Below, one piece after another: positions 9,678 through 19,930 of a stretch of 64,000 nucleotides of DNA. The stretch covers positions 160,001-224,000 of the forward strand of contig CAVWHX010000003.1 in assembly GCA_963754925.1 (NCBI GenBank), written 5' to 3'. A program made the translations under genes and the position numbers. The notes under the pieces are model-generated. The model did not search any database. It saw only the letters and a list, made by a program, of their open reading frames with translations, and was not told the DNA's origin. How positions within the stretch are numbered: the first letter of the stretch is position 1; each line of letters begins with the position of its first letter. The stretch comes from an uncultured delta proteobacterium (lineage in GTDB: Bacteria; Myxococcota; B64-G9).

Positions 9678-10238
9678 TTAGACGTCCCAACTAACCATTA
9701 TTTCTGCATATTCTTTACCCGCAGCAATCGGAGTAGTGAACTCAACCGTAACGTTTTTCGCCCCATACATCTGAGCCGCTTTGTGATAAAACCCAAAAAG
9801 AACATGTTCAAAAATAGCGTGTTTTATGTCAAATCCAACGTATTTTACCTTACCCTTACGTGGAGCAACCATCGAAGATTCGATTACTATGCCTTTAAGG
9901 TATATGGTATGCAATGCAGCCATTTTTTCCACCAGGAATTCCGGAGAACCTTTTTTCACGAAAGCCGAGTAAATACCTCGGAGCTGTTTCTCTGTTGACT
10001 TCTCCGATCCTTTGATCAGTCCCTTTGGATTTCCGTTGAGTTTTTCGCGCATCAGCAGATCAAGGAATTGTATATATACATCAAAAGGATACCATCCCGA
10101 AGTTGAGATCGGGTTCTGAAACAGTTTTTTTCCTTCCTCGTTGAGCAAATTAACGAGCCGATTATATTCGTTTTGCCCGAGAGCCTCTGCTGTAGTCTCG
10201 ATGGCTCCTTTTATCACACTGCCCTTTATCCGTATCAT
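9678..10238 (-). CDS. Hypothetical protein, TIGR02265/DUF2378-like (paralog 1)
   Basis: IKG start, SGWYP motif, C-terminal ..SW; clearly paralogous to 43746..44306; AT-rich. Confidence 0.6.
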   Translation of the reverse strand: MIRIKGSVIKGAIETTAEALGQNEYNRLVNLLNEEGKKLFQNPISTSGWYPFDVYIQFLDLLMREKLNGNPKGLIKGSEKSTEKQLRGIYSAFVKKGSPEFLVEKMAALHTIYLKGIVIESSMVAPRKGKVKYVGFDIKHAIFEHVLFGFYHKAAQMYGAKNVTVEFTTPIAAGKEYAEIMVSWDV

Positions 10239-10507
10239 ATTTTCCCCCTGGTCATTGGTAGGTATTATTGTTAATGCTCTTTATAATAACTCACTACATC
10301 GACCTGGGCACTTCACCTAGAACCTGTGTGACTGACAGCCAGTCACCTATGAATAATGATATGATGATACTATTTTGATGTACAGTTTCCTGGAACAACT
10401 TTTTTAACCTCAGGCAGTCCGGACAAGTCTGCAGGCTTGGGTTCAATTATCAGAGATTTTCACGGTTAGTTTCGAAAACAGCAATCAGATCCGTGATGCG
10501 TTTCACT

Positions 10508-11065
10508 TTAGAACTTTCGTGTCAAGGCATCGATTCCGCGGTCTGCAAGACGACGGAGCGCCGTGCGCAGGGCAAGTACGCGATTGGCTTCGCTATCGCG
10601 CAGGTCGGTACCCGACAGGTAGCTCACGACTTCAACCAGCACACGTTCCCACCGTGCGCGCTGGGGCTCATCCAGCCGCAGCTTCACTTGCACAATGATC
10701 TGCACTTCGCGCGACCTGAATTGCCCCTCGAGCAATGCCACCCCCCGTGGCACCACGATAATTGATACAATGGTTCCCTGTAGCTGCGTGGCCTCCCCGC
10801 TGACTGTCAGACCGGCACGCCAGGCTGCATCTCGTAAAGCGGCAGTGAACGTCGTACTCGCTTCCACCTCGGGTGTGCGATTGTCAACGACTGGAATCGC
10901 CACGCTGGTTCCGCCAGCGGGCAGGTGGCCGTTCCCCATGGTAAAGTGATAGCCACAGGCTGGGGTGCACAAAACGAGCGCCAAAACGACTGCTACCCAA
11001 CGACGATGTTCACCAACCGGTTTGGCACCACGATCACCCGACGAATGTTCTTGCCAGCCAACCAT
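10508..11065 (-). CDS. lptE: LPS assembly lipoprotein LptE (start uncertain, overlaps the leuS 3' end)
   Basis: Lipobox TPA-CGYHF, IPVVDNRTPE; located between leuS and holA. Confidence 0.8.
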   Translation of the reverse strand: MVGWQEHSSGDRGAKPVGEHRRWVAVVLALVLCTPACGYHFTMGNGHLPAGGTSVAIPVVDNRTPEVEASTTFTAALRDAAWRAGLTVSGEATQLQGTIVSIIVVPRGVALLEGQFRSREVQIIVQVKLRLDEPQRARWERVLVEVVSYLSGTDLRDSEANRVLALRTALRRLADRGIDALTRKF

Positions 11066-13629
11066 TTAGCCACCCTTTCGTCGGTTCGCGCAAGTCGCTC
11101 AAGCTCCTCCTGGGTTGAATCGCGAGCCGCCTGGAGCGTTGCGCGCACCTTCCCATTAACCTGTACCGCAATGGTCACCTGATCTTCAATGGTCGCGGCT
11201 TTATTAAACTCAGGCCAGGGTTGGGAGCATGCGCGACCCGGCAAGCCCATGACCTTCCAAAGCTCTTCGGCCATGTGGGGGGCGAACGGTGACAATAACA
11301 GCGTTAAGGTTCTCAGGGTAAACCCTAGTAAGCGCACCTGCTCGGTTTCTACCGGATTGCTGACGGCCGGCGCGCCCGTCGCCGGTATATCGTCAAGCAT
11401 CTTGGTGCCGTTGAGCAGTTCCATCAGCGCCGCTATGGCTGTGTTGAACTGAAACTCGTGCTCGATATCTCTTCCGACGCGTTGGATCGTCCGATGGATC
11501 AGCCGGTGTAAACCCACGAATTCGGGAGAGAGCACATCTTCATTAACTGGCCCGGTAAGATTCCGCATTAATGCAAAGCGTTCCTGGTGGCGGGCAAACA
11601 ATGTCCATACGCGCCGCAAGAAATTGAAGCAGCCGGCCACGCCGGCGTCGCTCCAGTTGATATCGACCTCGGGCGGCGCTGCAAACAGGCAAAACAATCG
11701 GGCGGTGTCCGCCCCGTACCGATCGAACATGCTGTCGGGCGAGACGCCGTTGAGCTTCGTTTTTGACATCTTTTCGATCCGCACCATGACTATCCGGCCG
11801 CACTCGGTACAAGTCGGCTCTTTTGAATCAAGCCCGTTAACGCCCGCGGGAGCGCGGTAACCATGTGTTTCACACCAGTAGCTCTCGCGCACCACCATCC
11901 CCTGGGTGACCAACCGATCGACCGGTTCATCCACACCGACCAATCCCAGGTCGCGCATTACCTTCGTCCAAAACCGAAAATAGAGAAGATGCATGACCGC
12001 GTGCTCGGGACCGCCCACATAGATATCCACTGGCAAATACCGATCGGCCGAAAACCGTCGGAAGGGCACGGTGGTCTCCTGCGGATCAAGATAGCGGGCA
12101 AAGTACCAGGATGAGTCTACAAACGTATCCATGGTGTCGGTATCGCGTTTGGCCGGCCCGCCGCAGCGGGGGCAGGTGGTGTTAACGAATTCGGGAACCT
12201 TGGCCAGCGGCGCCTCGCCCGTGCCGGTCAGCGGAGCGTCGGGCGGCAATAGCACGGGCAGTTGCTCGTACGGCACTGGCACCACCCCGCAGCGTTCGCA
12301 ATGCAGTATCGGAATGGGGGTTCCCCAGTACCGTTGGCGCGAAATTCCCCAATCCCGCAGGTGATAGTTTACCGTCGGTCCGCCGAGGTGTTGCTCTGCA
12401 GCCTGCGCCCCAATATCGGTGCGAGCCTGCGCCGAGGTTTTGCCGGTGTGTGGTCCGGAATCGATCAACACGCCATCGTCGACGTAGGCCTCGCTCAGAA
12501 TCACCGTGGTCAGCGTGCGGCCCTCCTCCAGCGGTGGTTGAATCACCACGCGAATGGGGATGTTGTACTTCTTGGCGAAATCGAAATCGCGCTGATCGTG
12601 CGCCGGAACGCTCATAACCGCGCCGGTGCCGTAATCAGCCAGGACAAAGTTAGCGATCCACAGGGGAATACGTTCATGCGTAAAGGGGTTGACAACCAAG
12701 GAACCGGTCCAAACGCCCTCTTTTTCAGTCGCCGCGTCGGTACGGACCGCTTTATCCACCCGCGACACCCGTTGAACAAACTCCTCGACCACAACCCGCT
12801 GGGCGTCGGTGGTTAGCCTTTGCACCGCCGGGTGCTCGGGCGCCAACACCATGTAGGTGGCGCCGTAAATGGTATCGGCCCGGGTCGTAAAAACCTGCAG
12901 CGGCTCGGTCTTCCCGCCGACAACCGGAAACACCAGATGACACCCTTCCGATCTGCCAATCCAGTTACGCTGCATGGTAACCACGCGCTCAGGCCAGTGC
13001 GTAAGCTTGTCGAGATCCGCAAGCAGCTCCTCGGCATAGCGGGTGATACGCAAGGCCCAATCAGGGATCTCGCGTTGCACCACGAGCGACTGGCACCTCT
13101 CGCAATGTCCGTCTATCACTTGCTCGTGCGCCAGGGTGGTCTTGCAGCCCGTGCACCAGTTGGTCAAGCTCTTGCGCCGATAGACCAGATCGCGCTCGAG
13201 CATCTTAAGGAAGAACCATTGGTTCCATCGGTAGTAATCGGGCTCGCTAGTGATCACTTCGCGCTGCCAATCATAGGACAGCCCCAACCGTTTCATCTGG
13301 CGCCGCACATTATCGATGTTGGCCATGGTGCGCACCCGCGGGTGGATCTTGTCACGAATAGCGGCGTTCTCGGCCGGTAACCCGTACGAGTCGAACCCCA
13401 TCGGATGGAAGACGTCGTACCCTTTCATGCGATAGTAGCGCGCCAGCAAATCGCCAATGACGTAGACCCGGACGTGTCCCATATGCAGATTTCCGGACGG
13501 GTACGGGAACATCTCGAGGACGTAGAACTTCTTCTTCGTTAACTCACGGCCGGCTCGATAAAGAGTTTCTTGTTCCCAGAGTTGCTGCCACGCAGGCTCG
13601 ATTAATTTCGGATGATACTTCTCTTCCAT
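10993..13629 (-). CDS. leuS: Leucine--tRNA ligase
   Basis: MFPYPSGNLHMGH, QRNWIGRS, SRQRYWG, KMSKT, QVNGKVR. Confidence 0.98.
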   Translation of the reverse strand: MEEKYHPKLIEPAWQQLWEQETLYRAGRELTKKKFYVLEMFPYPSGNLHMGHVRVYVIGDLLARYYRMKGYDVFHPMGFDSYGLPAENAAIRDKIHPRVRTMANIDNVRRQMKRLGLSYDWQREVITSEPDYYRWNQWFFLKMLERDLVYRRKSLTNWCTGCKTTLAHEQVIDGHCERCQSLVVQREIPDWALRITRYAEELLADLDKLTHWPERVVTMQRNWIGRSEGCHLVFPVVGGKTEPLQVFTTRADTIYGATYMVLAPEHPAVQRLTTDAQRVVVEEFVQRVSRVDKAVRTDAATEKEGVWTGSLVVNPFTHERIPLWIANFVLADYGTGAVMSVPAHDQRDFDFAKKYNIPIRVVIQPPLEEGRTLTTVILSEAYVDDGVLIDSGPHTGKTSAQARTDIGAQAAEQHLGGPTVNYHLRDWGISRQRYWGTPIPILHCERCGVVPVPYEQLPVLLPPDAPLTGTGEAPLAKVPEFVNTTCPRCGGPAKRDTDTMDTFVDSSWYFARYLDPQETTVPFRRFSADRYLPVDIYVGGPEHAVMHLLYFRFWTKVMRDLGLVGVDEPVDRLVTQGMVVRESYWCETHGYRAPAGVNGLDSKEPTCTECGRIVMVRIEKMSKTKLNGVSPDSMFDRYGADTARLFCLFAAPPEVDINWSDAGVAGCFNFLRRVWTLFARHQERFALMRNLTGPVNEDVLSPEFVGLHRLIHRTIQRVGRDIEHEFQFNTAIAALMELLNGTKMLDDIPATGAPAVSNPVETEQVRLLGFTLRTLTLLLSPFAPHMAEELWKVMGLPGRACSQPWPEFNKAATIEDQVTIAVQVNGKVRATLQAARDSTQEELERLARTDERVAKWLAGKNIRRVIVVPNRLVNIVVG

Positions 13630-13724
13630 AATAGTTCCCCAGGTGAATTACCAGGTGTGTTTAGCACGTCAGATGGGTGCCGGCAAGTGCCATGAGTTCT
13701 GATGAATCGATGAGATGCTAAATC

Positions 13725-15410
13725 TCACGTCGTCCGTTTTCGGCTTACCGAACGCTTCGTCCCGGTGCGCGATGAGGAGCGTCGACGCAGGAGCTCGGCC
13801 ACTTCGGACTGTCCGTAGGCTTCGGCCACATCGAGCACCGTCTGGCCATACATATCTCGCGCGTCAACCTCCGCGCCAACCGATAGAAAGTATTCGACCA
13901 AATCGCGCCTACCCTCGGCCGCAGCGATATGCAACGGCGTTTTTCCCCGGGCATCCGCGCTCGCCAATCTCGCTCCCGCAGCCAAGAGCAGTTCAGCCGC
14001 CTTACGATGTCCAACCAATGCCGCAGCATGTAACGGATTGAAGCCATCGGCTTCCTCCGGGGTGATTCCCGTCAGGTGGCGCAAGAGGCACTCCACGACG
14101 TGACGATGTCCAACAGCAGCCGCCTGATCCAACGGCGTGGCACCGTCCTTGTCGCGAACCGTGGCGTCCGCTCCATGCTGCAACAACCGCGCGACCACCT
14201 GGTCATGGCCCAACACCGCGGCGACATGCAAACACGTTAGTCCACGGTCGTCGGCCAGTCCCACCTGCGCACCGCACCCGAGCAGCAGTTCAATCAAACC
14301 CAAATGGCCCCCATCGGCAGCCCGGAACAGGGGGGTTGCGCCCTCCTCGCCCCGGGCATTGACATCGGCCCGGTGACCGATCAAGAGCTCAGCTATTTCG
14401 CAAAAACCCCGCTGCGTAGCGGTATGGAGGGCTGTTTCACCGAAACGATCCCGGCTCTCAACCCTGGCTGCGACTGCGAGCAATAGTCGTACAACCGCAA
14501 TTCTGCCCCGATCGGCCGCCCGGTGGAGCGGTGTTTCCTGGTTGTCCCCCGGAAGATTAGAATCCGCCCCGGCAGTAAGCAACCGCTCCACAACCTCGGT
14601 ATGTCCGGTAGCGATCGCCAGATGGAGCGGCGTCTCGCCCTGGTGGTCGCGTGCATCAACAACGGCGCCACATCGTATCAGAAGATCGACAACCTCCTGT
14701 TGCCCGGCTGCTGCGGCTCGGTGCAGCGGCGTTACACCCCATACATCGCTTGATTGCGGAGAAGCCCCGCTTTGCAACAACCGCTCGACATACTCACGTT
14801 CACCCTTGCTGGCCATTAATCGAAGAATATAGCTAAGGGTCTCACTACTCGGTGTTCGCTCGAAGGCCTTAACTATCAACAATACCTGCAAGGCGCGGCC
14901 GACAAGTTTGCTATCGAGCCGGGCCTCAAGACCAATCTCACGGGCGAGCCAGCGGGCCGTATCCTCATACACTCCCTCGCTGAAGGGCGGCTCTTTCTCC
15001 ACAGGCAGCTTGCTCCCCCCCTTGCCGGCAGCCACCGCGGCAAGCGCTTTGACGGCAGCCGTATCGAACATTCTGACAAAATCCACGGTACCGGGAAAAA
15101 CCGGCGAACCGACCGATACGCCCAGCTGGTGCATGGTGGCCATCACCCACCGTCTCCGAACTGGTCCGTAATTAATCGGCAGGTACCGTTTACCGTTAAA
15201 CTCAACGACAATACTGCCGAGCCGCACCGCTCCACCCTTACAGTCGAGCGCATGAATAAGATCGGCTTTTTCACGCTCCGACAGTCGCGATGACGCCGTG
15301 AGTTGCTCGCGCGAAAACCCGCGCGGATATTCCTCTATGAGGATTTTGCCCATCCGCTGCGATAGCTCGGTAATTTCGTGGTCGTCCTCAAGGATATATT
15401 CCCAATTCAT
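13725..15410 (-). CDS. Ankyrin-repeat protein with unrecognised N-terminal domain
   Basis: About 10 repeats of G.TPLH.AA..G...VV.LLL..GA in the C-terminal two thirds. Confidence 0.9.
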   Translation of the reverse strand: MNWEYILEDDHEITELSQRMGKILIEEYPRGFSREQLTASSRLSEREKADLIHALDCKGGAVRLGSIVVEFNGKRYLPINYGPVRRRWVMATMHQLGVSVGSPVFPGTVDFVRMFDTAAVKALAAVAAGKGGSKLPVEKEPPFSEGVYEDTARWLAREIGLEARLDSKLVGRALQVLLIVKAFERTPSSETLSYILRLMASKGEREYVERLLQSGASPQSSDVWGVTPLHRAAAAGQQEVVDLLIRCGAVVDARDHQGETPLHLAIATGHTEVVERLLTAGADSNLPGDNQETPLHRAADRGRIAVVRLLLAVAARVESRDRFGETALHTATQRGFCEIAELLIGHRADVNARGEEGATPLFRAADGGHLGLIELLLGCGAQVGLADDRGLTCLHVAAVLGHDQVVARLLQHGADATVRDKDGATPLDQAAAVGHRHVVECLLRHLTGITPEEADGFNPLHAAALVGHRKAAELLLAAGARLASADARGKTPLHIAAAEGRRDLVEYFLSVGAEVDARDMYGQTVLDVAEAYGQSEVAELLRRRSSSRTGTKRSVSRKRTT

Positions 15411-15746
15411 GGCCAATTATCCACCCGCAACCAAGCACATCGAGTCACCAACCACCTGTGACTGCCCCATCTATGGGGAGTACGGCGGCAAGTCTAACCA
15501 ACATCCCGATTGAAACGCAATACGGCACTGCAATCTAACGTAGTACCCAACTCCGGCATTGCTTTTGCCGGAAAAATATTCATATAACGTGAAAGGTCAT
15601 CATGTACCTCAGACGGATTTATCGATGGCGATACGTCATAGACACAACACAAATAATGATTAACGTGATTCGAGTTAGATTCTAAAGAGAATGCGCTTTA
15701 CCGTTGAATAAAAACAATTGTTTGACTTTGCAATGGGACTACTCCT

Positions 15747-17069
15747 ATGGACGCGATAATTCTCTCCCGAATACAGTTTGGCGTTGCCGCTGGTTTTCAT
15801 TTCATTTTCCCGCCACTTACTCTCGGTTTTAGCTTGTTTATACTGATATTCGAAACTTTTTATGTTGGATTCAACAATGACCGGTACAAGACTCTATCGT
15901 CATTTCTCGTTAAAATCCTTGCGGTTATTTTTGTTCTCGGCGCCGCCACCGGTATTGTATTGGAATTTTCCTTTGGCACCAATTGGGCGCAGTATTCTCG
16001 GCTTGTCGGCGATATATTTGGCGTGCCCTTGGCCGCCGAGGGAATTTTTTCGTTCTTTCTCGAAGCGGTTTTTTTGGGCTTACTGGTGTTTGGACGAGAC
16101 AAGGTATCCAAAAAGACCTATTGGCTGGCGGCGTTCCTGGTATTCTTTGGCGCGCATCTCTCAGGCCTATGGATTATTATAGCCAATTCATGGATGCAAA
16201 CGCCGGCCGGATACTCAATGGAAAACGGGCGCGCGCTGTTAACCGACTTTACGGCCGCGGTGTTCAATCCTTCAATGCTCAACCGATTCATTCATGTCAT
16301 TATAGCGGCTTGGATAACGGGCTCACTGGTCCTGGCCGGTATCGGCTCGTGGTACCTGCTCAAGAATCGACATGAAAACTTCTCAAAATCGCTTCTAAAA
16401 GTATCCCTGATTGTTTTTATCGCCACTTCGGTGTTGCAGTTCGCATCCGGCCATTCGAGTTCAGTTGAGGTGGCGAAAACACAACCAGAAAAACTTGCCG
16501 CGTACGAAGCTCTGTGGCAAACCACCGAGGGCGCGCCGCTCGCATTGTTCGGAATCCCCATCGAGAGCGAGCAAAAGACCTACCTCAACATTGCGATACC
16601 GAAACTCCTAAGTTTTCTAGTTAATTTCGATCCAAATTCAAAAATAGCCGGGCTCGATGAGTTTTCTCCCAACGAGCGACCGCCGGTGCTTCCGACGTAT
16701 GTACCCTACCATCTCATGACCGCGCTTGGCTCCCTCTTCTTGGCTATTGCACTTATAGGTGGCTTCTTACTCATTCGGAAGAGCCTCTACAAGACAAAAT
16801 GGTTTTTGTCGATTCTCGTCATTACCAGTCCGCTGCCACTTTTGGCGAACGAATTCGGCTGGATAGCGGCCGAGGTCGGCAGGCAACCTTGGGCGGTGTA
16901 CAAGGTTCTAAAAACCGCGGACGCCGTTTCAGTCGTGGTTCCGGCCTGGCAGGTACTGTTCACACTGATCATGTTTAGTCTCATTTTTCTGTTGCTCTTA
17001 GTTTTCTTCATTTATATTTTGATGAAGATTATCAATAAGGGACCGGATGAAATGAGCGGCGGATATTAG
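15747..17069 (+). CDS. cydA: Cytochrome bd ubiquinol oxidase subunit I
   Basis: SRIQF..FHFIFPPL, FGTNW, ANSWMQTP, QPEKLAAYE, AEVGRQPW. Confidence 0.97.
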   Translation: MDAIILSRIQFGVAAGFHFIFPPLTLGFSLFILIFETFYVGFNNDRYKTLSSFLVKILAVIFVLGAATGIVLEFSFGTNWAQYSRLVGDIFGVPLAAEGIFSFFLEAVFLGLLVFGRDKVSKKTYWLAAFLVFFGAHLSGLWIIIANSWMQTPAGYSMENGRALLTDFTAAVFNPSMLNRFIHVIIAAWITGSLVLAGIGSWYLLKNRHENFSKSLLKVSLIVFIATSVLQFASGHSSSVEVAKTQPEKLAAYEALWQTTEGAPLALFGIPIESEQKTYLNIAIPKLLSFLVNFDPNSKIAGLDEFSPNERPPVLPTYVPYHLMTALGSLFLAIALIGGFLLIRKSLYKTKWFLSILVITSPLPLLANEFGWIAAEVGRQPWAVYKVLKTADAVSVVVPAWQVLFTLIMFSLIFLLLLVFFIYILMKIINKGPDEMSGGY

Positions 17070-17103
17070 TAAGCGACCGCACGACCCATAGAGGATCTAG
17101 ACC

Positions 17104-18108
17104 ATGGATATGCTCTTTATCTTGCAGGTGGTTTGGTATTTCATCATCGGCGTGTTGTTCATCGGCTACTCATTACTGGATGGATTCGATTTGGGCATCG
17201 CGGCGCTGTCGCCGTTCCTCGCAAAAGATGATAATGACCGAAAAACTCTTTTTGGAATTATTTGGCCGTTTTGGGACGGCAATGAGGTATGGTTGGTTAC
17301 CGGCGGCGCCGCGCTCTTTGCGGCGTTTCCGTATGCCTATGCAACGGTATTCAGCGGATTCTATTTGGCGCTGATGCTGGTCCTTTTTGCGCTGATATTT
17401 CGGGCGGTTTCGATTGAGTTTTGGCACTACGATGAACAACGTCGAAACCTATGGAATGCCGCATTCGTGGTTGGAAGCGTTATCCCGTCACTTCTGTATG
17501 GCGTTGCGCTCGGCAATGTCGTTATTGGCATTCCTCTCAATAGCGCCACGAATTTTACGGGCAATTTTTTTACGCTTCTACGCCCCTACCCGCTTATCAT
17601 CGGCATACTTGGCCTGGCAGCGGTGCTTACACAGGGGTGCACGTATGCGGCTTTGAAATCAGAGGGAGCCCTTCGGGATCGAGCGCGCGTCATGACAAAA
17701 AGACTATGGTATATATTTATGGTTGTGTTTGCGATCGCGGTCATTGCCACCAAGATCTTCCTCCCGACTGCATTAGAAAGGCTTGCTTTCTGGATTTCAA
17801 TCCTTCTGGTTACTTTGTCGCTTGCGCTCAGTTGGATTAATTTCACCGTCATAAAAAACGATTATTTTTCGTTTATCCTGTCTTCGTTGACTTTTATCGG
17901 CTTATGGGCAATTGCCGGAGCCGTACATTTCCCCAATTTGGTTAGCGCGAGCAACGATCCCGCGCTAAGCCTCACCTTGAGCAATGCCTCATCCAGCGGG
18001 CCCACCCTGAAAGTCATGCTGGGTATCGCCGCTATTGGAATGCCGGTGGTTATCTTCTACACGGCTTTTGTTTATAGATCCTTGAGAAGAAAAGTCGGCT
18101 ACAACTAG
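17104..18108 (+). CDS. cydB: Cytochrome bd ubiquinol oxidase subunit II
   Basis: LDGFDLG, PFWDGNEVWL, FAAFP; follows cydA. Confidence 0.96.
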   Translation: MDMLFILQVVWYFIIGVLFIGYSLLDGFDLGIAALSPFLAKDDNDRKTLFGIIWPFWDGNEVWLVTGGAALFAAFPYAYATVFSGFYLALMLVLFALIFRAVSIEFWHYDEQRRNLWNAAFVVGSVIPSLLYGVALGNVVIGIPLNSATNFTGNFFTLLRPYPLIIGILGLAAVLTQGCTYAALKSEGALRDRARVMTKRLWYIFMVVFAIAVIATKIFLPTALERLAFWISILLVTLSLALSWINFTVIKNDYFSFILSSLTFIGLWAIAGAVHFPNLVSASNDPALSLTLSNASSSGPTLKVMLGIAAIGMPVVIFYTAFVYRSLRRKVGYN

Positions 18109-18158
18109 TTACGATTTATTGGCGACCGGGCGGATAATTATTTTAGGAGGACCGAGAG

Positions 18159-18914
18159 ATTAATAAAAACGAACGACATACTAACGCCGATAACACTATC
18201 ACCACCGAATGGTTTAAGGAATGGTCCAATGAGTATGATAACACGCTCGGAAAGGTGAAACGGCACCATGAATTGTTGGATCTGGTAGTGAAGTTATCCT
18301 GCGTCAAAGACAACGACATGGTGCTTGATATAGGCTGCGGGACCGGCTTGTTAAGTCTGAAATTTTTAGATAGAGCGCAGTGCAACGTCTTTGGCGTTGA
18401 CAACTCCGAAAATATGTTGTCCCTCTTCGAAAAAAAGATTGAGAAGTTATCATTAGAAAAAAGAATAACCACGCGACTTGAGGATGCATCGTCATTAACC
18501 TTTCGACGCAACACCTTTGATATTGTTGCCTCGACGGTCACCTTGCATCATCTCAAAAACAAATATCCGACCATTAAAAAGATTCATGACATAGTCAAAC
18601 CGGGCGGAAGGTTTGTTATCGGCGACATCAATGTCGACACCACCGGCAAGCTAACCGATGTGAGAAGACTCAAAAAACTACTGGCGTTTCTGAATGACGA
18701 ACTGGCATTTGCTCTGAAAGACGGCGGCGTGGAGGCGTTTAGAAGAATGTACGATAATGGTAAAAAGCACATTCTCAACGATGGCGAATACTGCATAAGC
18801 TTTTCTCAATGGGCGGCATTATGTAAGCGAGCTGGTTTTAAAAAGGTAACCGTGTATCCCTTGCCGAAATTTAAGCGGTTTAAGGTACTTGTCGCCGAAA
18901 AGGTTGCAATATAG
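18159..18914 (+). CDS. Class I SAM-dependent methyltransferase (probable ATT start; first standard start is 18255)
   Basis: VLDIGCGTG, GVDNSENML, TLHHL, KPGG motifs. Confidence 0.88.
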   Translation: MNKNERHTNADNTITTEWFKEWSNEYDNTLGKVKRHHELLDLVVKLSCVKDNDMVLDIGCGTGLLSLKFLDRAQCNVFGVDNSENMLSLFEKKIEKLSLEKRITTRLEDASSLTFRRNTFDIVASTVTLHHLKNKYPTIKKIHDIVKPGGRFVIGDINVDTTGKLTDVRRLKKLLAFLNDELAFALKDGGVEAFRRMYDNGKKHILNDGEYCISFSQWAALCKRAGFKKVTVYPLPKFKRFKVLVAEKVAI

Positions 18915-18996
18915 TTTCTTAATACCCCTTTATCTTTATCCCCAGCTGTGCCATTCTGCGTCTGGGCTATTAACGAAAACGGGAGGAGTCTCATAC

Positions 18997-19791
18997 TTGG
19001 GCTTTGAAGTCTGCGCATTAGCAAGCGGCAGTTCGGGCAACTGCGTGTATGTAGCCTCATCCAAGGCCCGGCTATTGATCGACATCGGCCTCTCCTGCAA
19101 GATGATCACGGCACGGCTCGGCAATCTTGGCGTTCGGCCCGAGATGCTCGACGCAATACTCATCACCCATGAACACAGCGATCACTGCCAGGGCCTTTCC
19201 ACCATTTGCAAACGCTGGCACGCGCCGATCCTGGCATCCACCGGAACCTGGAAAAAGCTTGTTCCACCTCCGGGTCTTGCAACCAACCGACGGATCGATT
19301 TTATCCCCGGTCAACGCATAACCATCGGTGATTTGACGGTCATGCCGTTCGAGCTGCCGCATGACGCGAACATGCCCACCGGTTTTAGAATCGAAAGCTC
19401 GACAACCAGTTTTGCGTTGGCAACCGATCTGGGCTACCTCTCCGACGAAGTCCGTCGGCAGCTTGACGGCGCTGAGGTGCTTATTTTTGAATCCAACCAT
19501 GATACCGAGATGCTGCGCCGGGGACCCTATCCGGCCTATCTCAAGCGTCGCATTCTCAGCCAGCGCGGGCACCTCTCAAACGACCAATCTGGCGAATCGT
19601 TGCGCGAGCTGGTCGGCCCGCATACCAAAGCGGTCTTTTTGGCTCACCTGTCGAAGGAGAACAACCACCCCGACCTCGCCTGGCGGACCGCCCATGATTA
19701 TCTGCGCGCTGCCGGTCGCCGCCCCGGTCAAGACTTTGAACTGCTGCTGACCCACCGCGATCGGCCGACCGGGCTTTTTCAACTCCCTTAG
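18997..19791 (+). CDS. MBL-fold metallo-hydrolase, YycJ/WalJ family
   Basis: LASGSSGN, THEHSDH, PHDA, ESNHD, GHLSN, LAHLSKENN; GGAGG RBS before TTG. Confidence 0.9.
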   Translation: MGFEVCALASGSSGNCVYVASSKARLLIDIGLSCKMITARLGNLGVRPEMLDAILITHEHSDHCQGLSTICKRWHAPILASTGTWKKLVPPPGLATNRRIDFIPGQRITIGDLTVMPFELPHDANMPTGFRIESSTTSFALATDLGYLSDEVRRQLDGAEVLIFESNHDTEMLRRGPYPAYLKRRILSQRGHLSNDQSGESLRELVGPHTKAVFLAHLSKENNHPDLAWRTAHDYLRAAGRRPGQDFELLLTHRDRPTGLFQLP

Positions 19792-19930
19792 GCCGGCGCC
19801 GGCGAACAGTACAATCTCAGCCCTCCCCCCGCCTACTCCCCAGAAAAGTTATTGAAATTCATGGACAGCAGCGCCATCATGGACGCAGATACTGGTGTCG
19901 TATAACCGTAGCCGGGGGAGCGGCTCTGAA

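Noticed and set aside
15552..15572. Possible sigma54 promoter (GG-N10-GC) upstream of cydA
   Set aside because: Weak match to TGGCAC-N5-TTGCW and equally explained as a TCCGGCA/TGCCGGA palindrome; cannot be supported
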